From positions 1 to 51,018 of the forward strand of contig JBHLLO010000016.1 in NCBI GenBank assembly GCA_048885535.1: DNA of 51,018 nucleotides, in the 5' to 3' direction. Every line of letters begins with the position of its first letter. The first letter of the stretch is position 1. This document shows positions 26,969-36,618 of the stretch, one piece after another. The DNA is from Candidatus Hermodarchaeota archaeon (GTDB taxonomy: Archaea; Asgardarchaeota; Lokiarchaeia; Sigyniarchaeales; SOKP01). The notes beneath the pieces are model-generated. The model made no database searches, was not told where the DNA came from, and saw only the letters and a list, made by a program, of their open reading frames with translations. Both the position numbers and the translations under genes were made by a program.

Positions 26969-28213
26969 ATGAAAAAAAAGAGCCTTTTAACAGGAATTAC
27001 CATTTGGTTCATTTTCATTTTATTGGTAAATTCAAATTCTGTTTTAGGTTCTGATGATGATGACGATTACGTTGATGATGACTTCGAAAGGTTAAACCTG
27101 AGAGACATAGACATCACACTTTCTTCCAACGAAATTGAAATACAATCTCTATTAAGACAGGGGCTAAAAGTAGATGAAATAGAAATAAGGGTTAGATATA
27201 ATAATGAAGGAATTAGTTTTGAGGTGAGTTATGAATCTGAATATATTTCTGAGAGTGAAGCTGAATTCGAAATAGAATTTAGAATTATTATTAGAAAACT
27301 GATTGAATTTGTAGATCTTAACGATAATGGAATATTTGATCCATCTATTGATGATAATATACAAGAACTAAACTTAGATAGCTTTGATCCAGCTCAATAT
27401 CAAGAAGAAATTATCACTACTCAAACCTCTCTTCACCATTTTATTATTAATTCAAGTGACAGCATTTTTAGTATGCATCTTTATATACCAGAAGAGTTTG
27501 CTTTAAAAGACAATGTACTGATGATTCCTACTAAACCAAAGATTGATATTAACATCCAAAATTTTCCCTTTTTAAATGTTTCTTCAAACTTAGCTTTATA
27601 TATTAGTTTAGAGTCAGAAACGAGTTATAGTGAATATGACGACACTGAAGATGAGGAACTTGGATACGCATTTAATGAGAAAGCAGTTTCAACCCTTAAT
27701 GACACGTTTACTGGAATATTTTCATGGAATCAAAGTCTATTAGTTGATGGAATAGTAAGGTCTGTAAATGCAAGTACAATCGAAATAGATGACTATGATA
27801 ATGAATATCAAAAAATGTATTTAATTTACCCCCAAGGAGTAAACATTTCACATGATCCAAAAATTGGACTCGAGGGAATATTTATATTTAACCTTGAACA
27901 GTTTCCTTGGTACTTACTAACGGTATTCTTAACTATTGGGGCGGTCAGTATTAGTATAGTGGTTCCTGTGTACTTCTTTTACTACAACAAACGCAATCGT
28001 TCACCTAGAAATGGACATGCGAAAATCCCAAAAATGAAAAATGGTGAAATTACAGCCTTTTCGGAAGATTTTTATGCATTTCTAGACCAATTTGAATGGG
28101 ATACAAATGAAAAGGAAGAATTCATCAAAGAGATGTCATCATTAAAACCAGCGGAACGAAAAAGAATATTAAATGAAATGTTAGACAAATATAAGTCAGA
28201 TCAAGGTTATTAA
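26969..28213 (+). CDS. Acidic secreted single-pass membrane protein, paralogue B, with a cytoplasmic helical tail
   Basis: Co-linear with paralogue A (SYESEY.SE.E.EFEIEF, LIEFVDLN..G, SHDP) plus a ~75-aa cytoplasmic tail. Confidence 0.75.
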   Translation: MKKKSLLTGITIWFIFILLVNSNSVLGSDDDDDYVDDDFERLNLRDIDITLSSNEIEIQSLLRQGLKVDEIEIRVRYNNEGISFEVSYESEYISESEAEFEIEFRIIIRKLIEFVDLNDNGIFDPSIDDNIQELNLDSFDPAQYQEEIITTQTSLHHFIINSSDSIFSMHLYIPEEFALKDNVLMIPTKPKIDINIQNFPFLNVSSNLALYISLESETSYSEYDDTEDEELGYAFNEKAVSTLNDTFTGIFSWNQSLLVDGIVRSVNASTIEIDDYDNEYQKMYLIYPQGVNISHDPKIGLEGIFIFNLEQFPWYLLTVFLTIGAVSISIVVPVYFFYYNKRNRSPRNGHAKIPKMKNGEITAFSEDFYAFLDQFEWDTNEKEEFIKEMSSLKPAERKRILNEMLDKYKSDQGY

Positions 28214-28244
28214 ATTTTCTAAAGATTAAGGATTCAATTCTAAA

Positions 28245-28907
28245 ATGACGGAACAGTTAGCTGAACTAGAAAAAGTCGTACTAAGCATAATTCAAGACTA
28301 TTTAAATAAAAATAGAGTCTTAGATATAGATAAAGTAATTCCATTTATCCAAACGCGTTTGAGAGAGAAATCTAAAAGATTAACTACTTATGGAATCCAA
28401 TTAATTCTCAAATCATTACAGGAAAAAAAACTTATAGTAAAAGCATCAAAATTAACTTATGATACTATATTAAATAATAAGAAACGTAGAAAAATACATA
28501 AATTCATTAAAAACTATCCCGGAACGCATTTTAGCAGAATTGTATCTAAATTAGAAATAAGTAGCCACGTTGTAGTCTGGCATTTGAACATTTTGTTAAA
28601 ATTCGGATTTATCAAGAAAGAAAAGATTGAAAACAGAGATGCATATTATACTCCTGATATCGACAAACAAAGATTTCAACAATTACATTACATATATAAG
28701 GCAAAAAGCCAAAAAATAATTTATTATTTGAAAGAAAATAATATTGGCATATCTAAAACACAAATCTCTTCTGACTTAAATATGCATATTAACACAGTTA
28801 ATAAGTATTTAAAAGTCCTCAATAATGTTGACATAATAACAAAAGAAAAGCTTTCTAATTCTGTATTGTTTTTCTTAAATGAGGAGAGAGTAGATAATTT
28901 ACTTTAA
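28245..28907 (+). CDS. Tandem winged-HTH transcriptional regulator
   Basis: NKKRRKIHKFIKNYPG.HFS.I...L......VVWHL..L...G; second HTH ISKTQIS..L.MH.NTV.KYL. Confidence 0.8.
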   Translation: MTEQLAELEKVVLSIIQDYLNKNRVLDIDKVIPFIQTRLREKSKRLTTYGIQLILKSLQEKKLIVKASKLTYDTILNNKKRRKIHKFIKNYPGTHFSRIVSKLEISSHVVVWHLNILLKFGFIKKEKIENRDAYYTPDIDKQRFQQLHYIYKAKSQKIIYYLKENNIGISKTQISSDLNMHINTVNKYLKVLNNVDIITKEKLSNSVLFFLNEERVDNLL

Positions 28908-29279
28908 TTGTTTTTCCAAGGTTTGAATTTCTTGGTTAATTTCTTTCATCTTAGCTTTCTTTTCATTGGAAATTAATTTTAATTTCTGGTTTAAATTTTT
29001 TTCCTTGTCTTTCTTTAATCCAATATACTGTTTTTTTAAATTTTTAACGAAAAGAATTAACTTTTTCCTCTCTGAATTTAATACATCAAGAGTCTTATTT
29101 ACTTCTTCTAATCTATCTTGATGATTTTTCAATCTTATTTCCATTTCATCAATTTGTGAATCGAATTCTTCATCGAGTTTGTTTTTGACGTACATTTCTT
29201 TCTTTTTTGCTCCTTCTTCTACTTCCATTATTTTCTTAGCTATTTTGTTAATCTCATCTCTAAGTTCTTCTTCAGACAT
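28899..29279 (-). CDS. Coiled-coil hypothetical protein
   Basis: K/E/L-rich heptad pattern, no Pro. Confidence 0.65.
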   Translation of the reverse strand: MSEEELRDEINKIAKKIMEVEEGAKKKEMYVKNKLDEEFDSQIDEMEIRLKNHQDRLEEVNKTLDVLNSERKKLILFVKNLKKQYIGLKKDKEKNLNQKLKLISNEKKAKMKEINQEIQTLEKQLK

Positions 29280-29464
29280 TCTATTTACGTATATTTGTAA
29301 TTCTTGCCAAATTATTTAAAATCAGTTTTTTAAATAAGGCTTAATCTAATCATTAATCCTAATTACCCTAAGAAATACTTTCTTTTTAATTCTTTATATT
29401 TTAACACTTTTTATACAAAAGTTGAATTAAAGTATTCAAAACATAAACAAGTAAAAAAGAACTC

Positions 29465-30382
29465 CTAAACTCCTTTCTTTATTAAAGATATTTTCTTGAG
29501 TAGGGGTTTTATGTAATTAATTATAGGGGGATTGTGCTCCTTAATTTTTTGAAGCAAGCGATTTGCATCATCATTACGTGGCTCTATCTCTAATACATAA
29601 TTACACAAATCTAATGCAAAGTCATACTCCTTTAGTTCATATAATTTTAGCACTAATTCATTCCAAATTTTAATATCGGCTACTTCTTCTTCTATTGTTA
29701 AGTGAAAAAGTTCATTTAATTCCAAATATCCATTGATATATTCTGAAACTTTCTTAGCTGGTTTTATGGGACCGGAATGACCATCGCATAATATATCCGC
29801 ATTTAGTCCTTCCAGTTTCTTCATAGAGTTAGAATATTCATTGTAATTACCTCCATAAATCATCAAAGACGATCCTGCAATATCTCCACCGAATAAGATT
29901 TTATTTTCAATCGTCTCTAAAAAATAAGCTACTGCTCCTGGCGAATGTCCCGGTGTATGAATACATTCAAATCTGTAATCACCAATGGTTAAGATTTCAT
30001 TTACACCTTTAATCTTCTTAGTTAATTTAATGGGACTGTAATCATACCCGGGATAAGATTCTTGAATTTCTATGCTGCTAAGTTTCTGTTCGATACTGAT
30101 GGCCTCTAATTCATGTGCATAAAATTTAATATTTTCATTCAGCTCTTTTAGTTTATAACAAGCACCAAAATGATCCAAATGACCATGGGTTATTAAACAA
30201 TGGTTAATATCCTCAATAGAAAAACCTTCTTCTTCAATTTCTTTAAGAAATTTTATATAAAGACCGGGATCAATTAGAATTAACCCCTCAGCACTCCTAG
30301 TGTCAATGAGATATTTTGAACTATCAAAAAGGACATCAGTACAAGGATTAATACTATATATATGATCAAGAATCTTCTCCAT
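29465..30382 (-). CDS. MBL-fold metallo-hydrolase with a C-terminal TPR-like helix pair
   Basis: THGHLDH, HTPGHSPG, GGD, DGH; W..L...LYELKEY..AL......LEIEP.N. Confidence 0.88.
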   Translation of the reverse strand: MEKILDHIYSINPCTDVLFDSSKYLIDTRSAEGLILIDPGLYIKFLKEIEEEGFSIEDINHCLITHGHLDHFGACYKLKELNENIKFYAHELEAISIEQKLSSIEIQESYPGYDYSPIKLTKKIKGVNEILTIGDYRFECIHTPGHSPGAVAYFLETIENKILFGGDIAGSSLMIYGGNYNEYSNSMKKLEGLNADILCDGHSGPIKPAKKVSEYINGYLELNELFHLTIEEEVADIKIWNELVLKLYELKEYDFALDLCNYVLEIEPRNDDANRLLQKIKEHNPPIINYIKPLLKKISLIKKGV

Positions 30383-30624
30383 TTTTAACACACTCACAGC
30401 TTCACTTTTGGAAAGTGGTAATCTCGCTTTTAGTATGTATAATAATTAATGAATATATTATATAATTTATACTAATGAAGTTCAATGGAAGTGTACTTCT
30501 CCTAATATTAGTATTTAAGTGTCTTAAGGAACAGAAAAATTTGTCAAAAGGAAAGTTTGAAGTCTTATTAATAATTAAAATAAAATAAATACTATAAGTA
30601 AAATTAAAGTGGTTTTGAATAGAA

Positions 30625-31962
30625 ATGGTTAGACCTAAAGTTGTTTTACCAGAAAAAGGTATACTCAGTAATGAACTTTTGGATGAAATGAATCTAATTG
30701 CAAAAGATGATGTAGATTGGAAAGAGGGAAAAGTTTGGAGTTTAGTTTATCATGCTTCAGATGAACACACTGAATTACTTAAAAAAAGTTACCAGCTTTT
30801 CTTTGAGAAAAATGCATTAAGTCCCTTAGCTTTTCCGAGTCTAAAAAAGTTTGAAACGGAGGTAGTTTCAATGGTCGTTGACTTATTCAACGGCGATCGT
30901 AAGTGTTGTGGTAGTATGACTTCAGGAGGAACAGAAAGTATTCTAATGGCTGTTAAAACTTATAGAGATTGGGCAAGAGAAAAATTTCCTAAGATAAAGA
31001 ATCCAGAAATGCTATTACCTAGCTCTGCACATCCTGCATTCTATAAAGGCGCAGATTATTTTAATGTAAAGCCTGTAATTATTCCAGTCGATAAAAATAC
31101 TCATCGCGCTGATGTAGATACTATGGAAAAAGCCTTAAACGAGAATACTATTTTGATAGTTGGGTCTGCTTGTGATTTTCCTCGAGGGGTGGTTGATCCG
31201 ATATCAGATTTAGCTACCCTCGCTCAAACTAAAGGCATTGGTATGCATGTTGACAGTTGTCTTGGAGGTTTCATGTTACCTTTTGTTAAAAAACTTGGTT
31301 ATAAAGTACCAGAGTTTGATTTTTCCGTTCCAGGTGTTACATCTATTTCTGCTGATGTCCATAAGTATGGATATGGAGCAAAAGGTGCATCAACTATCTT
31401 ATATCGTAATGATAAAATTTGGAAACATCAATTTTCTGTGTATACCGATTGGTCAGGAGGGGTGTATATCTCAACTACAATGCGTGGAACTCGTCCGGGA
31501 GGCGCAATTGCGGCAGCATGGGTTGCAATGAGATCTTTAGGAATAGATGGTTATTTAAAATTAGCAAAGATTGTTATGGATGCAACTAGAAAATTAATTG
31601 ACGGAGTTAAGCAAATTCCTGAGCTATATATCCTTGGAGAGCCAGTAATGAGTGTTTTTTCTTTTACTTCAGATGAAATTAATATCTTTCAGTTGGGGGA
31701 TGAATTAGATAAAAGAGGTTGGCACCTAGATAGGATACAATTTCCTTCTGCTTTGCACATGATGGTCAATCCACATCATGCGGATGTTATTGATGACTTT
31801 TTAAATGATCTTAGAGATGCAATTGAAGCAGTACGCAAACATCCTGAAAAAATTTCTGATGGTGAGGCTGCCATGTATGGAATGATTGCAAGTTTGCCTG
31901 ATCGTGCCAAAGTTAAGAATTTTATTATTAATTTCTTAAAAACTCAATATAAAATTAATTAA
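30625..31962 (+). CDS. PLP-dependent sphingosine-1-phosphate lyase-like enzyme (group II decarboxylase superfamily)
   Basis: W.EGKV..LVYH, TSGGTESI, HVDSCLGGF, SISADVHKYGY..KG.S, W.GG.Y......GTRPG, AAMYG. Confidence 0.85.
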   Translation: MVRPKVVLPEKGILSNELLDEMNLIAKDDVDWKEGKVWSLVYHASDEHTELLKKSYQLFFEKNALSPLAFPSLKKFETEVVSMVVDLFNGDRKCCGSMTSGGTESILMAVKTYRDWAREKFPKIKNPEMLLPSSAHPAFYKGADYFNVKPVIIPVDKNTHRADVDTMEKALNENTILIVGSACDFPRGVVDPISDLATLAQTKGIGMHVDSCLGGFMLPFVKKLGYKVPEFDFSVPGVTSISADVHKYGYGAKGASTILYRNDKIWKHQFSVYTDWSGGVYISTTMRGTRPGGAIAAAWVAMRSLGIDGYLKLAKIVMDATRKLIDGVKQIPELYILGEPVMSVFSFTSDEINIFQLGDELDKRGWHLDRIQFPSALHMMVNPHHADVIDDFLNDLRDAIEAVRKHPEKISDGEAAMYGMIASLPDRAKVKNFIINFLKTQYKIN

Positions 31963-31995
31963 CTATCTCTTATTTTTTGGATTTCATGATCCATT

Positions 31996-33258
31996 ATGTC
32001 AGAAATCATAACGCCAATACCATATAAACGGCCTACTTCAGAATGCCATGGTTTAACACCTTATCGTGTTTGGCCAATATTTATTCTTTCTTTCATACGA
32101 TTGTTTTCAATTTCCATTTTTGAAAGGGCTTTCCTAAACTATATATATTTTTATCAAAATGTGAGTGAAAGTATTCTAGGTTATATAAATTCAGCACCAT
32201 CCGTTGCATACATTCTCGGACCAATCGTTGGCCAAATAATCACCTCTAAACTTGGTGTAAGAAACTCTCTTATCTTATCTTGTCTCATTACCCCAATCAT
32301 AATTTTTGCTCAAATGGTTTACTTTGATCCAATTTATTTGATTTTAATTCGCATCATAAGCGGAATACAATTAGGAATTTATTGGCCCAATTGTTATAAT
32401 TTACTAAGTAAATGGCAAAGTGTTAGTAACGAAAAAAAGGCTACCAGAAACTTTAAACTCTTCAATATCTCATGGAATGTTGGATTTATTTCAGGGCTCT
32501 TTTTTGGGTATTTCTTAGCTTTTACACTGACTGAATATTTTACCATGTTCTTATCATGGTTTCTTTCCTTTCTCTTGATCCCCTTTAGTTTTTTTATTAA
32601 AAAAGATATAGATTTAAAATCTATAAGTGCTAATAACAAGAAAGAAAATTTTCTAAATTCTGATATAATAAATGGTAATTTAGAGCAAAATTTGAATAAT
32701 AGGATGACTACTTATCCTATTTTATTTTCTTGGTTAGCATTATTTGGTTATACTATGGCAAAATCACTATTTCGCTTCAATTATCCCATTTTTCTTAAAG
32801 CTTTTGGAGGTCCCTCCTATTATGCTTATCTAATTCAACTAACTATACAAATAGGACAATTGGCTGGCTTAACTTGGACAAATTATATGAACGTATATAC
32901 AAGAAAGATTTCTGTCTTTACAAGTTTTATTGCAATTATTATTAGTTCATTTCTAATTATAATTCTTCAAGATCTGTTAGTTATATCAATAATAAGTGCC
33001 ACTACAGGTCTTTTTATTGGACTCATTCAGGGAGTTTCTTTAAAAATCATGATCGATTATGGTGCTGAGCGAAATAATCAAAAATATTCAACTATAAATG
33101 AAGTATTAAAAGGAATAGGATTTGGATTATTACCTATTGCTGCGGGATACATAGCAGAGATTAATATCTATGCAATTTTTGTATTTATAATAAGTTTTGG
33201 AATCCTTCTTTTAGTACCTTTAATTTATCTTTCTAGAAATATAAAAAACACTATCTAA
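31996..33258 (+). CDS. MFS transporter
   Basis: About 12 TM helices, KLGVRNS loop; paralogue of 24413-25663. Confidence 0.85.
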   Translation: MSEIITPIPYKRPTSECHGLTPYRVWPIFILSFIRLFSISIFERAFLNYIYFYQNVSESILGYINSAPSVAYILGPIVGQIITSKLGVRNSLILSCLITPIIIFAQMVYFDPIYLILIRIISGIQLGIYWPNCYNLLSKWQSVSNEKKATRNFKLFNISWNVGFISGLFFGYFLAFTLTEYFTMFLSWFLSFLLIPFSFFIKKDIDLKSISANNKKENFLNSDIINGNLEQNLNNRMTTYPILFSWLALFGYTMAKSLFRFNYPIFLKAFGGPSYYAYLIQLTIQIGQLAGLTWTNYMNVYTRKISVFTSFIAIIISSFLIIILQDLLVISIISATTGLFIGLIQGVSLKIMIDYGAERNNQKYSTINEVLKGIGFGLLPIAAGYIAEINIYAIFVFIISFGILLLVPLIYLSRNIKNTI

Positions 33259-33303
33259 CTCTTGAATTCGAGGATTAGATTAAAATTTTTCAATTAAAAA
33301 GCT

Positions 33304-33837
33304 TTACTTTGTTTTTATTGGGATAAACGCTAGTTGTATCATTGTTTTTGTTAAGTCTTCAAAAACTTTTTCAACATTTTCTCCAGTTTTGCTTGAACAT
33401 TCAATAAAACCATCTAAACCTCGCGATTTACTAAGCCTCAATCCTTCTGTATAAGTTATTTCTCGTAGTGAACTAAGATCGGTTTTAGTCCCTATTAAAA
33501 GAATTGGAAAATCTTCATTAGTTTCCCTTATGACTGATAGCCAATCAAATACATGAGAAAAAGAAGCATAATTGGTGATATCATAAAGTAAAATCCCTCC
33601 CATAGCTCCACGAATATATTTAGGTAAGATAAATCGAAATCTTTCTTCACCAGCAAAATCCCACACCATTAATTTCACGTGAATTCCATTAAACTTTAGG
33701 TCTTTTGTTTCAAAATCAACTCCAATTGTCATTCGAGTGTCTGGAATAAATACACCATTCATATATCTCTTTGTTAATGTGGTCTTACCACTTCCAGCAT
33801 CTCCAAAAATAACTATCTTAAAAATAGCGTCGTACAT
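33304..33837 (-). CDS. Rab-like small GTPase
   Basis: GDAGSGKT, TIGVDF, WDFAGEERF, GTKTD, ECSSK. Confidence 0.95.
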   Translation of the reverse strand: MYDAIFKIVIFGDAGSGKTTLTKRYMNGVFIPDTRMTIGVDFETKDLKFNGIHVKLMVWDFAGEERFRFILPKYIRGAMGGILLYDITNYASFSHVFDWLSVIRETNEDFPILLIGTKTDLSSLREITYTEGLRLSKSRGLDGFIECSSKTGENVEKVFEDLTKTMIQLAFIPIKTK

Positions 33838-33918
33838 CTTTATGTTTCTAAATACCCAATATATTAGATAATATTGTCGAAATATACCTTAACACAATTT
33901 ACATAAAAATAAGGATAT

Positions 33919-34524
33919 TTAATCTTTTTTAAAAATATTATATGGCTCCAATGTTACTCCTTCGTTCAATGCTTTAACGTTTAATTTTAGTATATCTCCC
34001 GAGAATTTTAGAATTAAGGAAGTCTTGAGATCCTCCTCATTTAAAGGTAAAAACCTTAAAATGTAACCCAACAGAACCATATTAATTACTTTCATGTTAA
34101 ATTTAAACTTTTCTGCTATATGATTAGTAGGAATAAAATAAATATTGTCAGAAAATTCAGATATATTATTAATTATCGAATTATTTAAGGAGATTACCTT
34201 TCCTGTGCTCCCCTCGTCATATGAAAATATAATTAATTTTGTGCTTTTATCTGCTTTCGCAAATTTTAATACATCATTAATGCAGTTTTTCTCAAGGCTA
34301 ATTATCATATCTGCTGATCCTATTATTGGTATAGGGGCATTTATCTTATTTCCAAAACGAAGAAAACACACGACCTTACCCCCTCTCTGGCTAAGACCAT
34401 GAGTTTCAGAAGTTATTACTTTATATCCATTATTCACTAAGGAATTTCCTAAAATTTCTATTAATGTTATTAAACCTTGACCACCTATACCTGTTATTAC
34501 TATTGTATAACTTTCAAATGACAT
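33919..34524 (-). CDS. iorB: Indolepyruvate:ferredoxin oxidoreductase beta subunit
   Basis: GIGGQG, SETHGLSQRGG, NMVLLG; follows iorA. Confidence 0.88.
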   Translation of the reverse strand: MSFESYTIVITGIGGQGLITLIEILGNSLVNNGYKVITSETHGLSQRGGKVVCFLRFGNKINAPIPIIGSADMIISLEKNCINDVLKFAKADKSTKLIIFSYDEGSTGKVISLNNSIINNISEFSDNIYFIPTNHIAEKFKFNMKVINMVLLGYILRFLPLNEEDLKTSLILKFSGDILKLNVKALNEGVTLEPYNIFKKD

Positions 34525-34526
34525 AA

Positions 34527-36470
34527 TTACCCCTCTTTATTAATAGCAGTATTAGGGCATATTTCCTCACAGATGCCACACCCTAAACAAACACTTGACT
34601 TTATACACGCAATTTCATTTTTTTCATAAATTGCTGGACACAAAAATTGACGATAACATAAGCCACAGTTATTACAAAGCTCTTCTTTTACAAATCTGAC
34701 TTGTACTTTGAACCGTGTGTTATATTTTTGAATACATTCATCTTCGACTACAACAACATGTAACCTATTGTGTTCTAATACCTCCATTCCTTTTTCATAT
34801 ATGATTTCTCTTAATCTAGTAAAATAACTTTTATCATCATTTTCATAATGCTTTATTATATTAACTTGAGCTCCAGTACTTTTTAGGAAAGATTCTAAAT
34901 TTATGCTTTTTTTAAAAGATCCTCCCATATAATAACGGGTATCACTTCCTGGGTGAGGTTGCTGTCCAGTCATTCCAATCCATCCGTTATCTAAAATTAA
35001 AACCAAAATTGAAGTGTTATTATGAACTGCATTTAATAATGCTGGTATTCCAGAATGGAAAAATGTTCCATCGCCTATGATAGCAATGTTTAAACTTTCA
35101 CTTGTTCGAGCGACTCCTTGAGCTAAAGCAATACTTGAGCCCATACAATATTTAACGTTAGCAAAAGAGATAGGGGGATAAGCCAATAGTGTATAACAAC
35201 CTATATCTTGGTAAAAATAGATTTCTTTTCCAGTTTTTGATTTAAATTTTTTAATAGCTTGGCTTATTGCAAACCCAGTTGTTCTATGTGGACATCCTGC
35301 GCATAGGATTGGAATTCTTGGTAAAATTTGATATTCCTTATTCATTATTTGATTTAAATCTACTCTTGGTTTTAGGTTGGTTAACTTAATTAAAGCCAAG
35401 GCAACCTTTGTTGGATTTAACTCTCCAATATAAGATAATAAAGATTCTTTCTTAGAATAAGAAAACGGATCCTTCCCATAGATTTTTATACCAAGACGAT
35501 TTTTTTGAGCTATTGCTAAAACTTGAGTTTCAATAAAGGCATCATTCTCTTCAACAATCAATACTTGCTTAAATTGACTAAGAAATCGTACAATTTTTTG
35601 CTCAGGAAGAGGATTTATCATACCGATTTTAAGAATTGGAGCTTTGAGATCAAGATAATTTAAGGCTTCACTTACATAACTGTAAGATACTCCACTGGTT
35701 ATAATCCCTAAATCAAATTCGTTTTCTACATTCTCATTTTCAATTCTATTCAATGAGATCTTCTCTGAAAGTTCTAATGCTCGATTCATTCTATTATATA
35801 TTTGATCTTCCTTCAGTTCTAAAAAGTAAAGTCTCGAAGCTACATTAACTTCCTTAGATAAATCAAATTCATCTTTAATTTCCGAAGGCTTAATCATTCC
35901 AAGAACGACATTACTTCTTGCGTGAGATACCATAGTTACTGTTCTTAAAATCACTGGAAGTTTTAATTCTCTTGAAATTTCAAATGCAGATTTAACAAAA
36001 TCTAAACATTCTTGTGGATTACTGGGTTCTAATGCTGGTATTTTAAATAGGCTTAAATAATATCTTGAATCCATCTCTACAGCACTAGAATGTTGTTGAG
36101 GGTCATCAGCAACAAAAATTACCAAGGCAGAATTCTTATTTTTAGGATAAGTTGTGGCTAAAGCAAATAAAGGATCAGAAGCAACATTTAATCCTGCGTT
36201 TTTCATGCCCACCATCGCAGTGGCTCCTCTAGCATAAGCTGCGCCAGCAAGCTCTATAGCAACTTTCTCATTAATACTACTCTCTACCCACTTTAATCCT
36301 ACATCTTTATAAATTTCAGTAAAAATCTCTCCTACTTCTGAGCTAGGTGTACCTGGATAATACGTATAAACATCGATGCCGCTTTCTAAAGCTCCACGAA
36401 CAATAGCTTCGTTTCCCAATAAGAATTTTTCCTCTCTAGGTTTACCATCAACTAATTTTTTATAATTCAT
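34527..36470 (-). CDS. iorA: Indolepyruvate:ferredoxin oxidoreductase alpha subunit
   Basis: LGNEAIVRG, YPGTPSSE, NEKVA, CAGCPHR, DIGCY, TPP motif GDGTFFHSG..DN, 2x 4Fe-4S C-terminus. Confidence 0.92.
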   Translation of the reverse strand: MNYKKLVDGKPREEKFLLGNEAIVRGALESGIDVYTYYPGTPSSEVGEIFTEIYKDVGLKWVESSINEKVAIELAGAAYARGATAMVGMKNAGLNVASDPLFALATTYPKNKNSALVIFVADDPQQHSSAVEMDSRYYLSLFKIPALEPSNPQECLDFVKSAFEISRELKLPVILRTVTMVSHARSNVVLGMIKPSEIKDEFDLSKEVNVASRLYFLELKEDQIYNRMNRALELSEKISLNRIENENVENEFDLGIITSGVSYSYVSEALNYLDLKAPILKIGMINPLPEQKIVRFLSQFKQVLIVEENDAFIETQVLAIAQKNRLGIKIYGKDPFSYSKKESLLSYIGELNPTKVALALIKLTNLKPRVDLNQIMNKEYQILPRIPILCAGCPHRTTGFAISQAIKKFKSKTGKEIYFYQDIGCYTLLAYPPISFANVKYCMGSSIALAQGVARTSESLNIAIIGDGTFFHSGIPALLNAVHNNTSILVLILDNGWIGMTGQQPHPGSDTRYYMGGSFKKSINLESFLKSTGAQVNIIKHYENDDKSYFTRLREIIYEKGMEVLEHNRLHVVVVEDECIQKYNTRFKVQVRFVKEELCNNCGLCYRQFLCPAIYEKNEIACIKSSVCLGCGICEEICPNTAINKEG

Positions 36471-36618
36471 AGTGTTTCAGATTATTTTTTTAGAAAATTT
36501 ATTCTAAATGAAATAAATCCTCTTGAAATAAAAAACCATTTCGAAATTTGATGAAAATAACAAGAACAAATGCAAGAGAAACAAAAATTATTAAGATTTG
36601 GTGCAATCAATTATAATT

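Noticed and set aside
30625-31962. Tyrosine/aspartate decarboxylase MfnA
   Set aside because: N-terminal W..GK...VYH, W.GG.Y and C-terminal A.YG motifs fit the S1P lyase subfamily better; not excluded without a phylogeny
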